This document shows positions 61,860-64,000 of a stretch of DNA of 64,000 nucleotides, piece after piece. Each line of letters begins with the position of its first letter. The stretch's first letter is position 1. Below the pieces are notes generated by a model, which saw nothing but the letters and a program-made list of their open reading frames with translations, made no database searches and was not told the DNA's origin. Both the position numbers and the translations under genes were made by a program. Origin of the DNA: an uncultured Dictyobacter sp. (GTDB taxonomy: Bacteria; Chloroflexota; Ktedonobacteria; Ktedonobacterales; Ktedonobacteraceae); NCBI GenBank assembly GCA_964657925.1, contig CAZZWK010000020.1, forward strand, positions 1,359-65,358. Reading direction: 5' to 3'.

Positions 61860-64000
61860 CTACCCTGTTCCCACTCCATAGCAAGATGCGTTGCTACCTG
61901 GAACGTAACGAAAACCACGTCGACTGAGTTGACGTGGGCGCTGCCCAGGCTGCGCCAGACGCAGCAGGGACACCAGAATGCCCGCGTACCCCACCAGATA
62001 ATCAGGTGAAATACAGGTAGGCTCATCCGACGGCCACACCAGTTGACCCTCCTGCTCTATGGCAAATGTCTCCAGAATACTCGCCAGGGTAAATGCCTCG
62101 CTAGCATACTTCCGCTCACCCGTCCACTCGAACATGTCCAGCAAGAAATCACTATTGCCAGCCAGACCATGACAGAGCGTAGGACCGCTCCAGCGCGAAC
62201 CAAATGCTACCGTACGTGCCGCGCGCACAACCAGATCGCGGGCGACGAGTTCATGTTGAGCTGCATGCAGCAAGAAAGTACCTATGCCCGCAGCACCATG
62301 ACACCAGTAGACACCAGCCATTTCGCGTTTTTTGTCAGCGACGTACAACGGCCAGTTCACTCCACTACCATCGCGCAGCACAGGCACCGCCAGCTGCTCC
62401 AACAGGCGCGTGACACCTACTACCGGGGCGATAAAACGCTCGTCACCACTCGCCTCATAAAGGTCGAGCAGCGCATCTGCGACTCCGGCAGCCCCATGAG
62501 CGTACCCCACATAGGTCATGCCGGTGAACTCGGCGGGCAACCTCCAGCACACCCTTCCCCCGCCAATATCTTCGGCCTCGGATAAAAGCCAGTCTCCGGC
62601 AACACGAGCCGCCTGCAAGTGCTCCTGTTCTCGCGTCTCTTCCCATACCAGAAGATGGAAACGCAGACGACCAGCAGCACCACTCATGATGTCCTGGCAA
62701 GTGTACGCTTGCCGCGCGACCCAACGACTTTTCTCCGCCGCCGCCTCGATGAGCGCGACATCGCCCAGAATCTGGCCCGCGCGTAGCAACGCGGCTCCGA
62801 CACCCGCCTCCCCCACATAGAGTCCCGGTACCCGATTGGCAATGAGATCTTCGCTGTGTAGCAACCACTGCGCACCCTCTTGCAACACCCTACGATGCGC
62901 TTCAATCCCCAGTGCTCCTACCAATTCCGCCAGTGCAAGCAACGTTCCACCACTACCACAGTTTAACGCTCGTAACGCTCGACCATCGGCAAATTGCACG
63001 CTACTCAGCCAACACATACCCGCACGTTCTGGCTGATGCACAGCGCTCCGACAGAGCGTGTCACCTAACCTGGCCGCAAGCCCCAGGTAGTGATTCGGCG
63101 TCGCCACGAATTCTTGCTGTCGCACAGTGTTAGCGCCATACGCAACAGGATCACTCAGTGCCTCCTGCAAGGCAGTCATTGAGGTGAAGCGCTGTTGTGG
63201 ATCATACTCAAGGCATTTCTCGACGATGCGCACCAATCCCTGGTCCACATCAGGATTGAGTATATCCAGTCGACGCTGCAACAAATTGTCGGGATCAGGC
63301 GCGAGCGAAGGATTGGCCCTGGTAAGCAGGTAGTAGAGGAGCGCACCAAGACTATACACATCATCAGCGACGCTGGCTGCCGCTCCGACTCGATGCTGAG
63401 GTGACATAAATCCTCGCGTGCCGATATCGCTCTTCGCGTGTGCGCTTCCCTCTTCGACCATCAACTCGAAATCGATCAGCCGCAATCTGGAGCCCACCAG
63501 CACATTCGCGGGTTTGAGATCGCGATAGATCAGGCCGCGCGCGTGCAGGTCGCCCAGTATACCGGCCAGCACCCTCGTCCAGGCAATAACTTTGTCGACG
63601 CATAGTTCACCACGCGCGAACAAGCGCTCGGCACAGGCACCTAACGTCTCACCCTGCACCTCCTCCATCACCATGTACAGCGTGCCTTCATGTTCGAGCA
63701 AATCAAAAAACGTGGGGAACGCGGGATCACCAGCCAGGCGCTGCAGCATCTCGGCCTCATAACGCAAAATATCGCGAGCATCTGTGCCGTCCCTATCCAG
63801 GTACGCATTTGGGCGAGCGAATTTGAGCATACAGGAACGACCACGCAATGTATCTACCCCCAACGATACTCCACCTCGTGCGGACAGGTAGGGAGTAAAA
63901 AGTGGTAGATATCGTCCACCAACCAATATATTTGCCGTGGGTGCCTGCGCCACTACCACACCCGCCGCGACAAAAGGATCTTGCAGCCAATCGGGTGCCT
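61860..64000 (-). CDS. Second LanL-type lanthipeptide synthetase (kinase plus Zn-ligand LanC-like domains visible; N-terminal lyase part runs off the window end)
   Basis: The ORF track starts at GTG 63959, but the frame stays open to nt 64000. My translation there reads ...APDWLQDPFVAAG-VVVAQAP, and that segment aligns with PPWCSDPFNEAG of the first synthetase, so the gene is 5'-partial. The kinase motifs are YRDLKPANVLV and LIDFEL. The cyclase motifs are GEAGVGAALLRAG, GYAHGAAGVADALLDL, YWCHGAAGIG and LCHGLAGNSDFLLD. Confidence 0.8.
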   Translation of the reverse strand, partial: APDWLQDPFVAAGVVVAQAPTANILVGGRYLPLFTPYLSARGGVSLGVDTLRGRSCMLKFARPNAYLDRDGTDARDILRYEAEMLQRLAGDPAFPTFFDLLEHEGTLYMVMEEVQGETLGACAERLFARGELCVDKVIAWTRVLAGILGDLHARGLIYRDLKPANVLVGSRLRLIDFELMVEEGSAHAKSDIGTRGFMSPQHRVGAAASVADDVYSLGALLYYLLTRANPSLAPDPDNLLQRRLDILNPDVDQGLVRIVEKCLEYDPQQRFTSMTALQEALSDPVAYGANTVRQQEFVATPNHYLGLAARLGDTLCRSAVHQPERAGMCWLSSVQFADGRALRALNCGSGGTLLALAELVGALGIEAHRRVLQEGAQWLLHSEDLIANRVPGLYVGEAGVGAALLRAGQILGDVALIEAAAEKSRWVARQAYTCQDIMSGAAGRLRFHLLVWEETREQEHLQAARVAGDWLLSEAEDIGGGRVCWRLPAEFTGMTYVGYAHGAAGVADALLDLYEASGDERFIAPVVGVTRLLEQLAVPVLRDGSGVNWPLYVADKKREMAGVYWCHGAAGIGTFLLHAAQHELVARDLVVRAARTVAFGSRWSGPTLCHGLAGNSDFLLDMFEWTGERKYASEAFTLASILETFAIEQEGQLVWPSDEPTCISPDYLVGYAGILVSLLRLAQPGQRPRQLSRRGFRYVPGSNASCYGVGTG

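Noticed and set aside
847-64000. Numerous 60-220-aa ORFs in the track overlapping the large genes on the opposite strand or in other frames (for example 6215..6781, 7049..7687, 16978..17634, 19532..20059, 20322..21011, 26793..27341, 35576..36196, 42465..42989, 58137..58775, 62043..62585)
   Set aside because: All are nested in or antisense to long ORFs with clear family signatures. Their translations are Arg/Ser/Pro/His-rich or low-complexity with no recognisable domains, as is typical of GC-rich shadow frames.
1-64000. CRISPR arrays, tRNA/rRNA genes, prophage or integrase genes, toxin-antitoxin pairs and known defence-system genes
   Set aside because: I found no regularly spaced direct repeats, no cloverleaf-like or rRNA-like segments in the intergenic regions I read, and no integrase, recombinase, nuclease or helicase signatures other than the IS4 remnant. 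Absence is judged by eye only; tRNAscan-SE, Infernal, and DefenseFinder or PADLOC would be decisive.

Overview
This is a densely coding, moderately GC-rich bacterial chromosomal window with about 40 protein genes. I recognised no rRNA, tRNA or CRISPR array. The gene content suggests a large-genome Gram-positive-type organism, for example a Ktedonobacteria-like Chloroflexota or an actinomycete. That content includes an LCP protein, peptidoglycan-binding-domain proteins, a Ser/Thr kinase, a triple-FHA ABC transporter, a LAL/LuxR regulator, many secreted glycan-active proteins and two RiPP loci. The taxonomic guess is inference only and no search was possible.

Gene order:
(1) 1-11 kb: a minus-strand sugar (mannoside-type) utilisation operon. 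It encodes an ABC binding protein, two permeases, a GH38-like hydrolase, a PMI-like cupin protein, a secreted beta-helix protein and a GntR regulator. A 21-bp-arm palindrome and an IS4 transposase remnant lie upstream.
(2) 11.7-14.4 kb: an SDR gene and a divergent TetR/esterase pair.
(3) 14.5-24.8 kb: a compact six-gene minus-strand RiPP cluster. It encodes a ThiF-like/RRE protein, a 67-aa Cys/Ser/Thr-rich precursor, a SagB-type dehydrogenase, a LanB-type glutamylation enzyme, one SpaB_C-type protein and a fused E1-like/YcaO cyclodehydratase. The cluster is thiopeptide-like but its enzyme set is non-standard, and it is the most interesting system in the window.
(4) 25-50 kb: housekeeping and cell-envelope genes. 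These are LCP, a PD40 propeller protein, a short UvrA paralog, DinB, AKR, ICMT, a ThrC-like protein, XRE/PG-binding proteins, a Ser/Thr kinase, a bacterial thaumatin-like protein with a CBM-like tail, a beta-trefoil/beta-helix enzyme, a DUF1080-like protein, an FHAx3-ABC transporter, an M20 peptidase and a GT32-like protein.
(5) 50-64 kb: a LAL/LuxR regulator and a lanthipeptide locus. The locus has an 84-aa NHLP/Nif11-like precursor candidate, a three-domain LanL-type synthetase, and a convergent operon of a second LanL (running off the window), an ABC exporter fused to a cNMP-binding domain, and an FAD-linked oxidase.

Several very long perfect hairpins and a dispersed GC-rich palindromic repeat family are also present. 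All functional calls come from reading the translated ORFs and recalling motifs; none were verified by database search.
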